Shown here one piece after another: positions 18,439 through 27,752 of a DNA stretch of 64,000 nt; position 1 is the first letter of the stretch; each line of letters opens with the position of its first letter. The DNA is taken from the NCBI GenBank assembly GCA_964560765.1, contig CAZLMG010000007.1, positions 31,930 to 95,929 on the forward strand. The letters run 5' to 3'. A program made the position numbers and the translations under genes. This DNA comes from an uncultured Oligoflexales bacterium. Its GTDB lineage: Bacteria; Bdellovibrionota_B; Oligoflexia; Oligoflexales; CAZLMG01. The notes beneath the pieces are model-generated. The model was given only the letters and a program-made list of their open reading frames with translations. It had not been told where the DNA came from and made no database searches.

Positions 18439-19842
18439 TTGGATCGCCAAAGTTTCATTGCCATGCTGAAGACAATTGTCGGTGAAAGCTATGTTCTGAC
18501 TCAGGAAGCAGATCTGGCGCATTATGGGGCTGATTGGACTAAGGCACTAAAGCCTGCGCCTTTGGCGGTAGTTTTGCCGGGAAGTACGCAGGATGTGTCG
18601 GCGGTAGCCAAGTTCTGTCACGACCATTCCGTGGCCATTGTGCCGAGCGGAGGGCGAACGGGACTTGCGGGCGGAGCCATCGCTGCCCACGGTGAATTAG
18701 TCGTGAATCTGCAGCGAATGAACCGCATTCTTGAAGTCGATGATGTGGGAATGACCATCCGAGTTGAAGCTGGGGTTACAACGCAGGCGGTACAACAAGC
18801 TGCCGAAGATCGCGGAATGTTTTTTGCGCTGGATCTCGCAGCCAAAGGTAGTTGCCAGATTGGCGGAAATTTGGCGACAAATGCCGGTGGTTTAAAACTC
18901 ATCCGATACGGAGGCGCCAGGGAGCAGGTTATTGGATTGGAAGCCGTCCTGGCTGATGGCTCTATACTCGATCTTGATCATGAGTTGCGAAAGAACAATA
19001 TTGGCTACGATCTGAAGCAACTCTTGATTGGCTCTGAGGGCACTCTTGGCTTGATAACGAAGGCAACCCTTCGCCTTGTGCCAAGACCGGGACATTTGCA
19101 GCTGTGCTGCTTAGCTGTGGAGAGCTTTTCGCAGATACCGCAAGTTCTGCGGGCATGTAATCAGTCAGGACTAGTTCTGACGGCATTCGAGTTCTTCGAT
19201 GCAGAATGCATGAAAATCGTTTTGCGGCACAATACGCAGCTCCGCTCTCCATTCGTTGCTGAGTCGAATTACTATGTCTTGATTGAGTTTGAGCAGCAGG
19301 GTGCGGCTGACGGCGAGCGAATAGATGCTTTTTTGACCAGTCTTTTTGAGTCGGGTCTGGCCAATGATGGAGTCGTCGCTTCGTCTGCCGCTGAATTTCG
19401 TGATTTGTGGAGCCTGCGCGAAAATATCAGCGAGTGCCTAACTTATGAGGGTCAGATTCGCAAGAATGACATCAGCATTCCCATTCGACGGTTATCAGAG
19501 TTCGTTGAAGAACTGAGTGAGATTACAAAAAAATCGCCCCCAACAGTTCGTGTGGTGATTTTTGGTCATATTGGTGATGGCAATGTGCACCTTAATTATA
19601 TCGGCGAGCGAGCTCTCCCCCGCGAAGAATTCATCTCTGTGTGTAAGGGAATGGAGAAGCAGATCTTCGAGTTGATACGCTCGATGAAGGGCAGTATCAG
19701 CGCGGAGCACGGGATTGGCCTCATTAAGAAGGCAGATCTGCATTTCTCGGCTTCGGCAATGCAAATTGATTTGATGCGCTCCATAAAGCGGACTCTCGAT
19801 CCCAAGGGCATCATGAATCCTGGTAAAATCTTTGATCTTTGA
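18439..19842 (+). CDS. FAD-binding oxidoreductase (GlcD / D-2-hydroxyacid dehydrogenase-like)
   Basis: FAD_binding_4-type region (AVVLPGSTQDVSAVAKFCHDHSVAIVPSGGRTGLAGGA) and C-terminal GSISAEHGIGLIKK. I prefer the in-frame TTG at 18439, 8 nt after GGAGG, over the track start at 18400. An ATG at 18463 is an alternative. Confidence 0.85.
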   Translation: MDRQSFIAMLKTIVGESYVLTQEADLAHYGADWTKALKPAPLAVVLPGSTQDVSAVAKFCHDHSVAIVPSGGRTGLAGGAIAAHGELVVNLQRMNRILEVDDVGMTIRVEAGVTTQAVQQAAEDRGMFFALDLAAKGSCQIGGNLATNAGGLKLIRYGGAREQVIGLEAVLADGSILDLDHELRKNNIGYDLKQLLIGSEGTLGLITKATLRLVPRPGHLQLCCLAVESFSQIPQVLRACNQSGLVLTAFEFFDAECMKIVLRHNTQLRSPFVAESNYYVLIEFEQQGAADGERIDAFLTSLFESGLANDGVVASSAAEFRDLWSLRENISECLTYEGQIRKNDISIPIRRLSEFVEELSEITKKSPPTVRVVIFGHIGDGNVHLNYIGERALPREEFISVCKGMEKQIFELIRSMKGSISAEHGIGLIKKADLHFSASAMQIDLMRSIKRTLDPKGIMNPGKIFDL

Positions 19843-19861
19843 TTGATAGAAGGTTTTCGAC

Positions 19862-21325
19862 ATGGGCAGGCATATCATCGACATTCGCCTATGGTTCACG
19901 TTGCTGGCTCTGCTCATGGCATGTGGTGGCGGAGGCACTAAAAATGACGGTGGTGGCAACGGCAGTGATGACGAAGAAAATCCGAGTCCCGTTCTTGCAA
20001 AGCTAACTGCCAATGTTTTCGAGAATAGCGCTGATGTGCCAGCTGCGGGCTACGCAGCCGTTCTCCAACATGAGCAATCGGGCCGTGTACAGTTTGCTAC
20101 CGTCGATCCACTCGGCCTATTAGACATGGACCTGAAGTGGCTCGCCAAAGGTCAGTCCTATTCGATTCATTTGCTGGATGCGAATTTCAACTGGTTGAGC
20201 CCAATTTACTTCGAGGGCGCATCTATATTCCGTTGGAATGGAGATGATGGATTCGAGCTGGGTGAGTTGCTTGTCACGCGTGACATTTTTGGTTTGGTCG
20301 ATCCCGCGCGTAGCAATTTGGCCGCGGAATTTACTTCGTCGATCACTCCAATTTCAGGTGCGGATAGCGTTCTTGGCGAAGCTTCAGCAAATATCTTTGG
20401 AGCGACGGTAAATTTTGGGGGAGAGTTGCTATCCTTTCAGCCCGCAGGCTCATTGTACGGGCAGTATCTCCGCGAGTCCTATCCCAAGGCCCATTCCGCT
20501 GAGCACCTCGAGCGCTCACGCGTGTTTCTCCACGTCGAAAGCGGTTCCGTGAAAAGCGCCTCCTTGCATATGGCGGGTCGGTGGACTGGCGCGGCCAGAT
20601 GGGCAGTGAATGCGGATGCGAGTCGAACAGGATCAACACTGTGGAAGATGCGAAATGGCTACGCATTAGAAATAGCTGGAGATGAGGGGCTTTCGGCGTC
20701 AGTCTTTCCAGGTATCAGAGTTGGCGCGCAAGCCGTTGCGCTTTTGAGCTTAGCCACGGAGGCGGACTCAGCAGTTATTGCCCGCAGAATAAAAAATCAA
20801 GTGAGTATACCCCCGTTGTTGTATGCGATCGGGCAGAACGCCACTCCTTCGGTGATTAATTATGCCAACGCAGCCGCTGAGAACGGCCTCACGAGACCTT
20901 TCTGCCGAACCGTGGGCGATGTCTTCATGGATTTCGAGTGGCCAGTAAATATGGCAGGAATCGCTCTGAGTGCTCGAGATGTTCCATTTATCGCTATTGA
21001 TTTCCGTTATTATACAAAGGGTGCCAGCGGCGTGGTCACTCGCAGTGCGGTATCGGTGTCTGACTTTCCTGCTGGATATCAGCAAGACATAACCGAGGTC
21101 ATAACTGGCGTCGGCACGCTGAAGTGGCAGCCAGGGAGTAACCGAGCCACTTACGACATTGTTGATCAATCTGGCAGTAGAGCTGAGTTGACGATTCCAG
21201 CGGAACTGCTGCTGTCAACTGTCGCTTCTTCTGGCCTATCAGTGGACCGCATAGAGCTAAGAATCACATTTTACGGAGCTGGTGTGCGTGCCGGCAACCT
21301 CGTTATTATCCGGAATTGCTCATAA
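19862..21325 (+). CDS. hypothetical lipoprotein
   Basis: 487-aa ORF with lipobox LLALLMACGGGG followed by a Gly/Asp-rich linker. No recognised domain. Confidence 0.55.
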   Translation: MGRHIIDIRLWFTLLALLMACGGGGTKNDGGGNGSDDEENPSPVLAKLTANVFENSADVPAAGYAAVLQHEQSGRVQFATVDPLGLLDMDLKWLAKGQSYSIHLLDANFNWLSPIYFEGASIFRWNGDDGFELGELLVTRDIFGLVDPARSNLAAEFTSSITPISGADSVLGEASANIFGATVNFGGELLSFQPAGSLYGQYLRESYPKAHSAEHLERSRVFLHVESGSVKSASLHMAGRWTGAARWAVNADASRTGSTLWKMRNGYALEIAGDEGLSASVFPGIRVGAQAVALLSLATEADSAVIARRIKNQVSIPPLLYAIGQNATPSVINYANAAAENGLTRPFCRTVGDVFMDFEWPVNMAGIALSARDVPFIAIDFRYYTKGASGVVTRSAVSVSDFPAGYQQDITEVITGVGTLKWQPGSNRATYDIVDQSGSRAELTIPAELLLSTVASSGLSVDRIELRITFYGAGVRAGNLVIIRNCS

Positions 21326-21334
21326 ATCGTAACC

Positions 21335-23584
21335 TCAAGCCGTCCGCTTCATGGTTGCTTCGACGCCCATGGCCTCACCTCGAGAGATCGCTTCACGTGG
21401 CGTAAATCTTGGGGGGTTACTAAACATTTTCTTGGTAGCCGCACTATACGGTTCGCTGGGCGTATAAAGCATGAAGCAACCGATCTCCCCGCGCGAAATA
21501 TCAACAGCCCCACGAATCTCGATTTCAAGTACCGATTGCAGACCAGTAGAAGGTGAATCACTCGAGGACGCTGATGACTGTGAACGTGCTGATGCGGCTT
21601 CGCTGTAGCCACCACCTACATTGCTGCCAGTGGAGGGGGCTGCGGTACTGGCATTCTGAGACTCGTTAAGATTGAATGGCTCACCCGTCATTAGCGCTCG
21701 ATCAAGCCGCTTTTTAAGCGCGAGCGCTTTATTTCTGATTCGAGCGATATCAACTTTGGCGCATTTATCAACATGGATTTTGGCCTCTTCGAGCTGGCTA
21801 TTGCGAGCGTATGCCAATGCCAAGTTGTATTCTACGGAAGCAAGATAATCGGTGCGGTTGTCTGGCAACGAATGCAGAGCGCGCCGGTACTGCTCGATGC
21901 TTTCGTCGAGTAGCCCGCACTTAGCTAAAGAGACCGCCTTATTGTTCATGAAGGCGATGATCTCATCGATGGATTGCATTTGCTGCATCAATGCCTTTGC
22001 TGCGCTTGTGTCTCCAGTAATGATCGCCTTTTTCGTCTCGGTCTCGCGAACGATGGCAGCGCCGCTATCTGCTGTCTTCGCCGCTTCTAGTTGCGCGTTC
22101 GCAGCCTCGTGATCACCGAGCTCCGCGTGGGCTTCGGCCATTGAACATATGCGCTCAAGGTTTTGTGGGCTCAATTTTTGCGCCTTTTCAAAGCATCGCA
22201 AGGCGGTATCAAAATCTCGAAGATGCATCAAAACTCGGCCAAGCAAATTGAGCGTCGCCAGGGAGTCTCCTCCCACTTTTAGTGACTTAAAGCCGATTTC
22301 TCGCGCCTGATCGAGAGCCTTGGAGGCGTATAAAATCTCTGCTTCTAGAAGCAGTTTCCTAGCTTCGGGAAATGGCTCTGCACAATACTTTCGATGCAAT
22401 TCACGCGCCTCAGCTTGGTTTCCACGCTGCAAAGCATCACGCAGCTTTCGCTCCATGGCCAATTGATCAGTCGGCATGCGTTCCTGATGTAGTACGCTTA
22501 TGAGCTTCTTCAAAAGGCCCGGCTTCTCGATCGGCTTTTCGACGACATCTGAGACGCTCATTTCCCGCACTAACGGGAAATCCTCACTGCGAAGAAGTGA
22601 GCTAACAACGACGATGGGGATGGACAAACCAACCTCATGTCGTATTCGTTGCAGCAGGAGTGGGCCCGTTAGCTTCGGAATTCGCCACTCTTGAATAATC
22701 ACGCCAATGCTGGACTTGTTCGCCACGATATACTCAAATGCCGAGGGACCGTCAGAAAAGTGCTGAACCTTCCCTACCCCCTGCTCCGCCAATAGGTTCT
22801 TGATGTTGGCGACAACTTGATCGTCTGTATCAACAATCACGGCATGGTCAATTCCAAGCAGATTTGTATCCAGGGCATTTCCTTGAGAAGCGGCGAACTC
22901 GCCAAACTCCGCGTGACGTGCCAAAAGAGCTTTGACCTTTCCATCTTCCGCAGGGTCGAGGGCTTTGGAGAGACGCAGAGTGCTGAACGCTTTTTCTTTC
23001 TGTCCAGCAAGAAACTGCGCCTCCGCTAGGTGGAGTAGCAGCCCCGTTTCGTAAGGAAACGTTTCAAGCAGCGCCTTTTCCATGCGCAGTAGTTCGCCGA
23101 AAGACTGCCGTGCACTCAGAAATCTTCGAAGATAGCTGGCTGCAACCAAGCTCAAATTAAACCGATACCATTCGCACTCTGCAATAAAAGACGCCAACTC
23201 TTTGGTGAACGATTCTTTGGTAAACGGTCGGCGAAAAGTGCAAATGCCGCCGAATTCAAAAATTGCGGGCATCGTGTCGGCCTTGTCTTCGTCGACGAAT
23301 ATGCTAAACCTGGTATGGCGCAAGGAGGGAGAAATAGTCCCAACCTGTAATAGGTGGAGTCCGGTCACTTCTTGATCGCTGTCAAGTGGGGCTAACACCC
23401 AATCGACGCTTTCGACCTCCAAGAGTTGGAGGGCGTCCTTGCAAGTCGCAACAGATTGAATGTTAGCGAAGCCTTGTGATCGTAACACCTCTGTGATGAG
23501 CTGCCGAGATGTGGACGCGTTCTCAACGACCAACACCTTGCCGTCTTTGGACTCGAAGGCCCGATTCATGGATGTGAGCTCCAT
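21335..23584 (-). CDS. tandem receiver-like domains + TPR repeats protein (atypical response regulator)
   Basis: 749 aa. REC1 (KVLVVENAST...) is degenerate. REC2 aligns well with this window's CheY (AVIVDTDD, VIIQEWRIPKLTG, VVVSS, EKPI). A central TPR-like region follows (e.g. ALRCFEKAQKLSPQNLERICSMAEAHAELGDHEAA, YNLALAYARNSQLEEAKIHVDKC), then a Ser-rich linker and a ~70-aa C-terminal tail. Confidence 0.75.
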   Translation of the reverse strand: MELTSMNRAFESKDGKVLVVENASTSRQLITEVLRSQGFANIQSVATCKDALQLLEVESVDWVLAPLDSDQEVTGLHLLQVGTISPSLRHTRFSIFVDEDKADTMPAIFEFGGICTFRRPFTKESFTKELASFIAECEWYRFNLSLVAASYLRRFLSARQSFGELLRMEKALLETFPYETGLLLHLAEAQFLAGQKEKAFSTLRLSKALDPAEDGKVKALLARHAEFGEFAASQGNALDTNLLGIDHAVIVDTDDQVVANIKNLLAEQGVGKVQHFSDGPSAFEYIVANKSSIGVIIQEWRIPKLTGPLLLQRIRHEVGLSIPIVVVSSLLRSEDFPLVREMSVSDVVEKPIEKPGLLKKLISVLHQERMPTDQLAMERKLRDALQRGNQAEARELHRKYCAEPFPEARKLLLEAEILYASKALDQAREIGFKSLKVGGDSLATLNLLGRVLMHLRDFDTALRCFEKAQKLSPQNLERICSMAEAHAELGDHEAANAQLEAAKTADSGAAIVRETETKKAIITGDTSAAKALMQQMQSIDEIIAFMNNKAVSLAKCGLLDESIEQYRRALHSLPDNRTDYLASVEYNLALAYARNSQLEEAKIHVDKCAKVDIARIRNKALALKKRLDRALMTGEPFNLNESQNASTAAPSTGSNVGGGYSEAASARSQSSASSSDSPSTGLQSVLEIEIRGAVDISRGEIGCFMLYTPSEPYSAATKKMFSNPPRFTPREAISRGEAMGVEATMKRTA

Positions 23585-23727
23585 TGGTTAGTCATCAAGA
23601 CATGAGCAGAATCTGATGGTTTAATCGGCTGGATCCTACTGGCCCTCAACCTAGAGCCGCCATGAAATCATTAAGTTGTTGTAAGCATTGGTTCTTTTTA
23701 CAGAATAGATGATGGAGGAATTTTCGT

Positions 23728-24507
23728 TTGCCAATCTTCCAAAGGGGTTCAGCAAGAATTTACTTTGAGACCGCTGGAGATGCTGGTCCTTGGGTCACCC
23801 TTCTCAACGGCCATACTCGATCCATTCGAGACTTTGCCTTAATGACGAGGCATCTAGCGGCGGCAGGCATCAGAGTCCTTGCCGTCGATCATCGCGGAGC
23901 CGGGCAGACGGAGAGTGATGGTGACTTCAGCCTAGTCGATATGGTGGATGACATTCAAGGTTTGTGGGATTACCTGTCTCTAGCAAAGACATCGCTCCTC
24001 GGGATTTCGATGGGCGGGATCATCGCTCAGCTGCTGGCCGAGAGAAATTTGGAGCGCGTCGAGAAGCTTCTCTTGGTCTCGACTGCTGCACGACAGCAAG
24101 ATGTTAAGACACCGGCTGATCCTTGGGGGAACACCCTGCAGTCTGTGTTCCACCGCCTAAGTTTCTTTTTATCAGAACAGTTTGTGCAGTCGAATCGACT
24201 ACTCATCGAGTCCATGGCGAAGAACATTTTGAAGCAAATTGAAAGTGGGTCGTTCACGGAAAAGGCACGGCGTCAGTCGCAGGCACTTAAAGGCGCAGCG
24301 TCCATCCAAGATTCCAGAGACTACTCCTCCCCAACCCTGGTCATTCACGGAGACCAAGACAGAATCATCAGCGTCGAGGCAGCAAAATTCCTAGCAAGAT
24401 GCTACAGCGATGCAAAGATTATTGTGTATGAGGGGGCGGGGCATCTGCTTTTGGCAGAAGCGCCTAAGTCTGTCTATGCCGACGCAGCCGCATTTATTCT
24501 CAGCTAG
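23728..24507 (+). CDS. alpha/beta-fold hydrolase
   Basis: TTG start 8 nt after GGAGGA. VTLLNGHTRS oxyanion region, nucleophile elbow GISMGG, and a late GAGHLL His motif. Confidence 0.8.
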   Translation: MPIFQRGSARIYFETAGDAGPWVTLLNGHTRSIRDFALMTRHLAAAGIRVLAVDHRGAGQTESDGDFSLVDMVDDIQGLWDYLSLAKTSLLGISMGGIIAQLLAERNLERVEKLLLVSTAARQQDVKTPADPWGNTLQSVFHRLSFFLSEQFVQSNRLLIESMAKNILKQIESGSFTEKARRQSQALKGAASIQDSRDYSSPTLVIHGDQDRIISVEAAKFLARCYSDAKIIVYEGAGHLLLAEAPKSVYADAAAFILS

Positions 24508-25103
24508 CGGGCCAATGAGGCGTTTAGAAGCCTGACTTCGAGTGGGCTCATTCCTAACTGGGATGATACTTGCGCAATATCTAGTCCCCTTGCCAATAGT
24601 GCACGCGCATCGTCGTATTTTTTTTCTTCGATCTCGGCAAGTACCTCTTGGTACGGGACTTTATCATCGAAAAATTTCGTAATCTGCTCACCCTTAGAAA
24701 GCATCCGTGATAGCACGTCTTTTTGCCGATCTAGCTGCTTGTAAAGCTTTGTGAGGCTATTTTGTCGCATTTCAAGTTCCGCTAAGGGCTCGGCGAACCG
24801 GCCGGCAATTTCATGTGCCGCGTTCTCAAGCTCCTGGCGAATGGCGGCTGTTGCTGTGCGCACCTCAGATTCAACCTCTGCCGCGAGTTTGGTGGACTTT
24901 GCAAGAACCTGTGCAGCTTTTGCATGAGCAGCCTCCAGCTCTTCGCGCACGGTTTCTCGAAGTTCGGTAAGAATGTGCCGCTCTTCAGTGATCTCAGTGA
25001 TGTGGTTTGCGGTCGCATTGCTTCGGCGCTGGCTAAGCATAAAAACGACGCCCAACAGAGCGACGTCCAAGACCGCCAGAATGATAAGTAGTACGGTAAT
25101 CAT
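24504..25103 (-). CDS. membrane-anchored coiled-coil protein, C-terminus DUF2802-like
   Basis: 199 aa. N-terminal TM segment ITVLLIILAVLDVALLGVVFML, a long Ala/Glu-rich helical region, and C-terminal ALLARGLDIAQVSSQLGMSPLEVRLL, which resembles the HTH-like DUF2802 tail found in chemotaxis/flagellar clusters (recalled from memory, low certainty). The start abuts the PilZ-like gene stop with 0-nt gap. Confidence 0.55.
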   Translation of the reverse strand: MITVLLIILAVLDVALLGVVFMLSQRRSNATANHITEITEERHILTELRETVREELEAAHAKAAQVLAKSTKLAAEVESEVRTATAAIRQELENAAHEIAGRFAEPLAELEMRQNSLTKLYKQLDRQKDVLSRMLSKGEQITKFFDDKVPYQEVLAEIEEKKYDDARALLARGLDIAQVSSQLGMSPLEVRLLNASLAR

Positions 25104-25523
25104 TTAGCCTTCCTGGAGAAAAGTCTTCAGTACTTGCTCGTCCACTTCATCCATAATGAGAGTTTGAACGGTCACAAGCTTTCTCTTGCCGCGCTTTCCG
25201 ATGTCCTCCGTCTTGACCACTTTGCCAAGAATCTTGAAGGTGTCGGGCGTATCAACTCTTGCGTATTCCACGAATCGTTGCTTTCTCGCCCAATAATTCG
25301 GAAGGGAGACATGAATTTTGACCAATGTTCCCTCGTTGAACTGGTCGGATGTCTTGAATTCAATGCCGTGCGGGCTAATGAACTGAGTTTGCCCGTTATC
25401 TTCCTCGCCAGAACTATCGCGCAGGCCATAGCGCGCCACAAACAGCGACAATTTGCGATTAGCGCGGGGATATTTTCGGATCAAATCTTCGTCAAACAGC
25501 GCTGGAATCTCCTGCTCCGACAT
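25104..25523 (-). CDS. PilZ-like domain protein
   Basis: 139 aa. RxxxR present (RKYPR) and ~30 aa later FISPHG, where canonical PilZ has (D/N)xSxxG. Lies 22 nt downstream of cheY. Confidence 0.5.
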   Translation of the reverse strand: MSEQEIPALFDEDLIRKYPRANRKLSLFVARYGLRDSSGEEDNGQTQFISPHGIEFKTSDQFNEGTLVKIHVSLPNYWARKQRFVEYARVDTPDTFKILGKVVKTEDIGKRGKRKLVTVQTLIMDEVDEQVLKTFLQEG

Positions 25524-25545
25524 GGTTCCCCCTTTATCGAGCGTT

Positions 25546-25953
25546 TTAGCTGGCCTTCTTATTCATCTGCTCAATCTTGAGCAATTTCTCTTTAAGGGTT
25601 TGGGCGGTAAATGGCTTAACAATGTAGTTGCTCACACCCGCCTTTACCGCCTCAATGATGTTTTCCTTCTCAGCCTCTGCGGTCACCATGAGAAAAGGCA
25701 GATGCTTGAATCTTGCGTCGGCGCGTACTGCTTTCAAAAACTCCAGGCCCGTCATATTTGGCATATTCCAGTCAGACACTACCATGCCAATGCCGTCTTC
25801 TTTCTGTAATGTGGCGTACCCAAGTGCGCCATCTTCCGCTTCGATAAAATTGTTGAAGCCATTTTGCTTCAGCAGAGTTTTAACGATGCGTCGCATCGTC
25901 GGAAAATCATCGACAACAAGTATCTTAAGGTTCGGTTGGAAAATAGTTGTCAT
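25546..25953 (-). CDS. cheY: chemotaxis response regulator CheY
   Basis: Single-domain receiver with all canonical residues: [27 protein letters not shown]. Confidence 0.9.
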   Translation of the reverse strand: MTTIFQPNLKILVVDDFPTMRRIVKTLLKQNGFNNFIEAEDGALGYATLQKEDGIGMVVSDWNMPNMTGLEFLKAVRADARFKHLPFLMVTAEAEKENIIEAVKAGVSNYIVKPFTAQTLKEKLLKIEQMNKKAS

Positions 25954-25972
25954 AGTCTAATTCCCTTGAGCA

Positions 25973-26731
25973 CTAGTCCGTGAGTAGTGGTTTTAGCTTC
26001 TGCCTCAGGCGCATGACCGCTTGAGTATGCAATTGGCTGACTCGAGATTCCGTTACGTCTAGAACCTTGCCAATCTCTTTGAGGTTGAGATCTTCGTAGT
26101 AATAGAGAGACAAAACTAACTTTTGTTTCTCTGGCAAATCTTCGATGTTCTTGATGAGTAGGTCGCGAATGCCCTTGCTCTTCAGCTGCAGGAATGGGTT
26201 TTTTGCTGCAGAATTTTCGAGGCTTTCAAGCAGACTCTTTCGATCGTGGTTATTGGGCCCGGCAACCTCGTCAATGGAAAGCAAAGTGACAGCTTTTACT
26301 TTCGCAACCATTTCATAGTATTCGTCTAGCGAAACGCCAAGAGCGTCCGATAATTCTTCATCGCTGACAGCGCGGCCGAAGCGCTGCTCCAATTCAGCGT
26401 AGGTCTTCTCAATGCGCTTTGCCTTATCGCGAATCGATCGTGGGACCCAGTCTTGAGATCGCAGCTCATCGAGTATAGCCCCCCGAATTCGGAATTCGGC
26501 GTAAGTCTTGAATTTGTTATCGCGACTTGGATCGTACTTATCGATGGCATCCATGAGCCCGATGACACCGGCGCTGATGAGGTCATCAATCTCGATGTTT
26601 GACGGCAGTCGCGCAGCAATACGCTGAGCGACGAATCGAATCAATGGCGCGTAGTCCATGATGAGCTGATCTCGCAGCTTCCCATCAACCCCTTGGGTAT
26701 CTTGCTTGTAGCGTTTGACAAGTCCCTTCAT
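25973..26731 (-). CDS. fliA: flagellar sigma factor sigma-28
   Basis: Sigma-70 family region 2 (YAPLIRFVAQRI, DLISAGVIGLMDAIDKYD, TYAEFRIRGAILDELR) and region 4 HTH (LNLKEIGKVLDVTESRVSQLH). Positioned after flhF-flhG. Confidence 0.9.
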   Translation of the reverse strand: MKGLVKRYKQDTQGVDGKLRDQLIMDYAPLIRFVAQRIAARLPSNIEIDDLISAGVIGLMDAIDKYDPSRDNKFKTYAEFRIRGAILDELRSQDWVPRSIRDKAKRIEKTYAELEQRFGRAVSDEELSDALGVSLDEYYEMVAKVKAVTLLSIDEVAGPNNHDRKSLLESLENSAAKNPFLQLKSKGIRDLLIKNIEDLPEKQKLVLSLYYYEDLNLKEIGKVLDVTESRVSQLHTQAVMRLRQKLKPLLTD

Positions 26732-26805
26732 ACGTCATCCTCTGCGGAACTTCGGCCTGTGCCGCGGTTGTCGTCAAGAATCTTGAGCCAAAAAGTAAAC
26801 ACCAA

Positions 26806-27723
26806 CTAGAATGGGCGGCTAGGCGCCTGTCCCATCGGCTTTGTGGACCATAGCAAGTCCTTCCAAACCGACTGGGTCTGCTCCTTCCGATCTCCGGGTG
26901 TCAGTCCGGAGTATAGCTTTCGCGCGATTTGGTTCCATGCTTGCCCCGCCGTAGTACTAATCGAGCTTTCGCTGACAGCTCGGCGAGCGGCCACGGACCG
27001 CTGCTGCTGAGGATCATGAGGAACACTTCCAATATATTCGACTTTGCAGTTCAAGAAGCGTCTGGCGACATCGGAAATTCGCTCATAAACTTTAGCTCCC
27101 TCGCTCTCGTGGCGAACCATATTAACGAGCAAATGTACGCGATTAACACCATGATTCTCGCACAATACTTTGATGGTTGCGTAAGCGTCAGTCATGGCGT
27201 GCGGTTCGGGCGTTGCAATGATGATGACTTCATCGGCCGATGAATTGAAATGCATGACGTTGTCGGATATGCCAGCTCCCGTATCAATCAATAGAACATC
27301 AGGAGATCGGTTGAGCCGCGCAAAGTGGTCAAGCAGTGCAATCCTTTGCACGAGTGATAGGTTCGCCATGTTTGCGATCCCCGATCCGGAAGGCAGGATG
27401 CCCATTCCCATGGGCCCACTCAAAACAATCTCATTAATATCAACCTGGCCATCAAGAACATCCTGCAGGGTGTACCTCGCATGCAGGCCCAGTACGACGT
27501 CCACATTGGCAAGGCCAAGATCCCCGTCTAGGATCATCACGTCATAGCCCATTCGTCTCGCCGCCATAGCGAGATGAACTGTCGTTAGCGTCTTTCCGAC
27601 TCCACCTTTGCCTGAAGTCACAGCAATGGTCTTGCTCGGCCCCTTTAGTACAGGCCGCCGTTGAGCATTAGTCGCCGGCTCACTAGATGGCTCCACTCGG
27701 CGCAGATGATGCATTGTTGTCAC
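26806..27723 (-). CDS. flhG: MinD/ParA-type flagellar number regulator FlhG (FleN)
   Basis: Deviant Walker A IAVTSGKGGVGKT and MinD-like fold. Located directly after flhF. Confidence 0.85.
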   Translation of the reverse strand: MTTMHHLRRVEPSSEPATNAQRRPVLKGPSKTIAVTSGKGGVGKTLTTVHLAMAARRMGYDVMILDGDLGLANVDVVLGLHARYTLQDVLDGQVDINEIVLSGPMGMGILPSGSGIANMANLSLVQRIALLDHFARLNRSPDVLLIDTGAGISDNVMHFNSSADEVIIIATPEPHAMTDAYATIKVLCENHGVNRVHLLVNMVRHESEGAKVYERISDVARRFLNCKVEYIGSVPHDPQQQRSVAARRAVSESSISTTAGQAWNQIARKLYSGLTPGDRKEQTQSVWKDLLWSTKPMGQAPSRPF

Positions 27724-27752
27724 GTCTCAACCTTTCAGAAAACTCTACTATC

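Noticed and set aside
25134-25580. A 148-aa plus-strand ORF antisense to the PilZ-like gene and the cheY 3' end
   Set aside because: It would break the otherwise continuous minus-strand operon, has no RBS or recognisable motif, and spans an intergenic junction. It is probably a shadow ORF.
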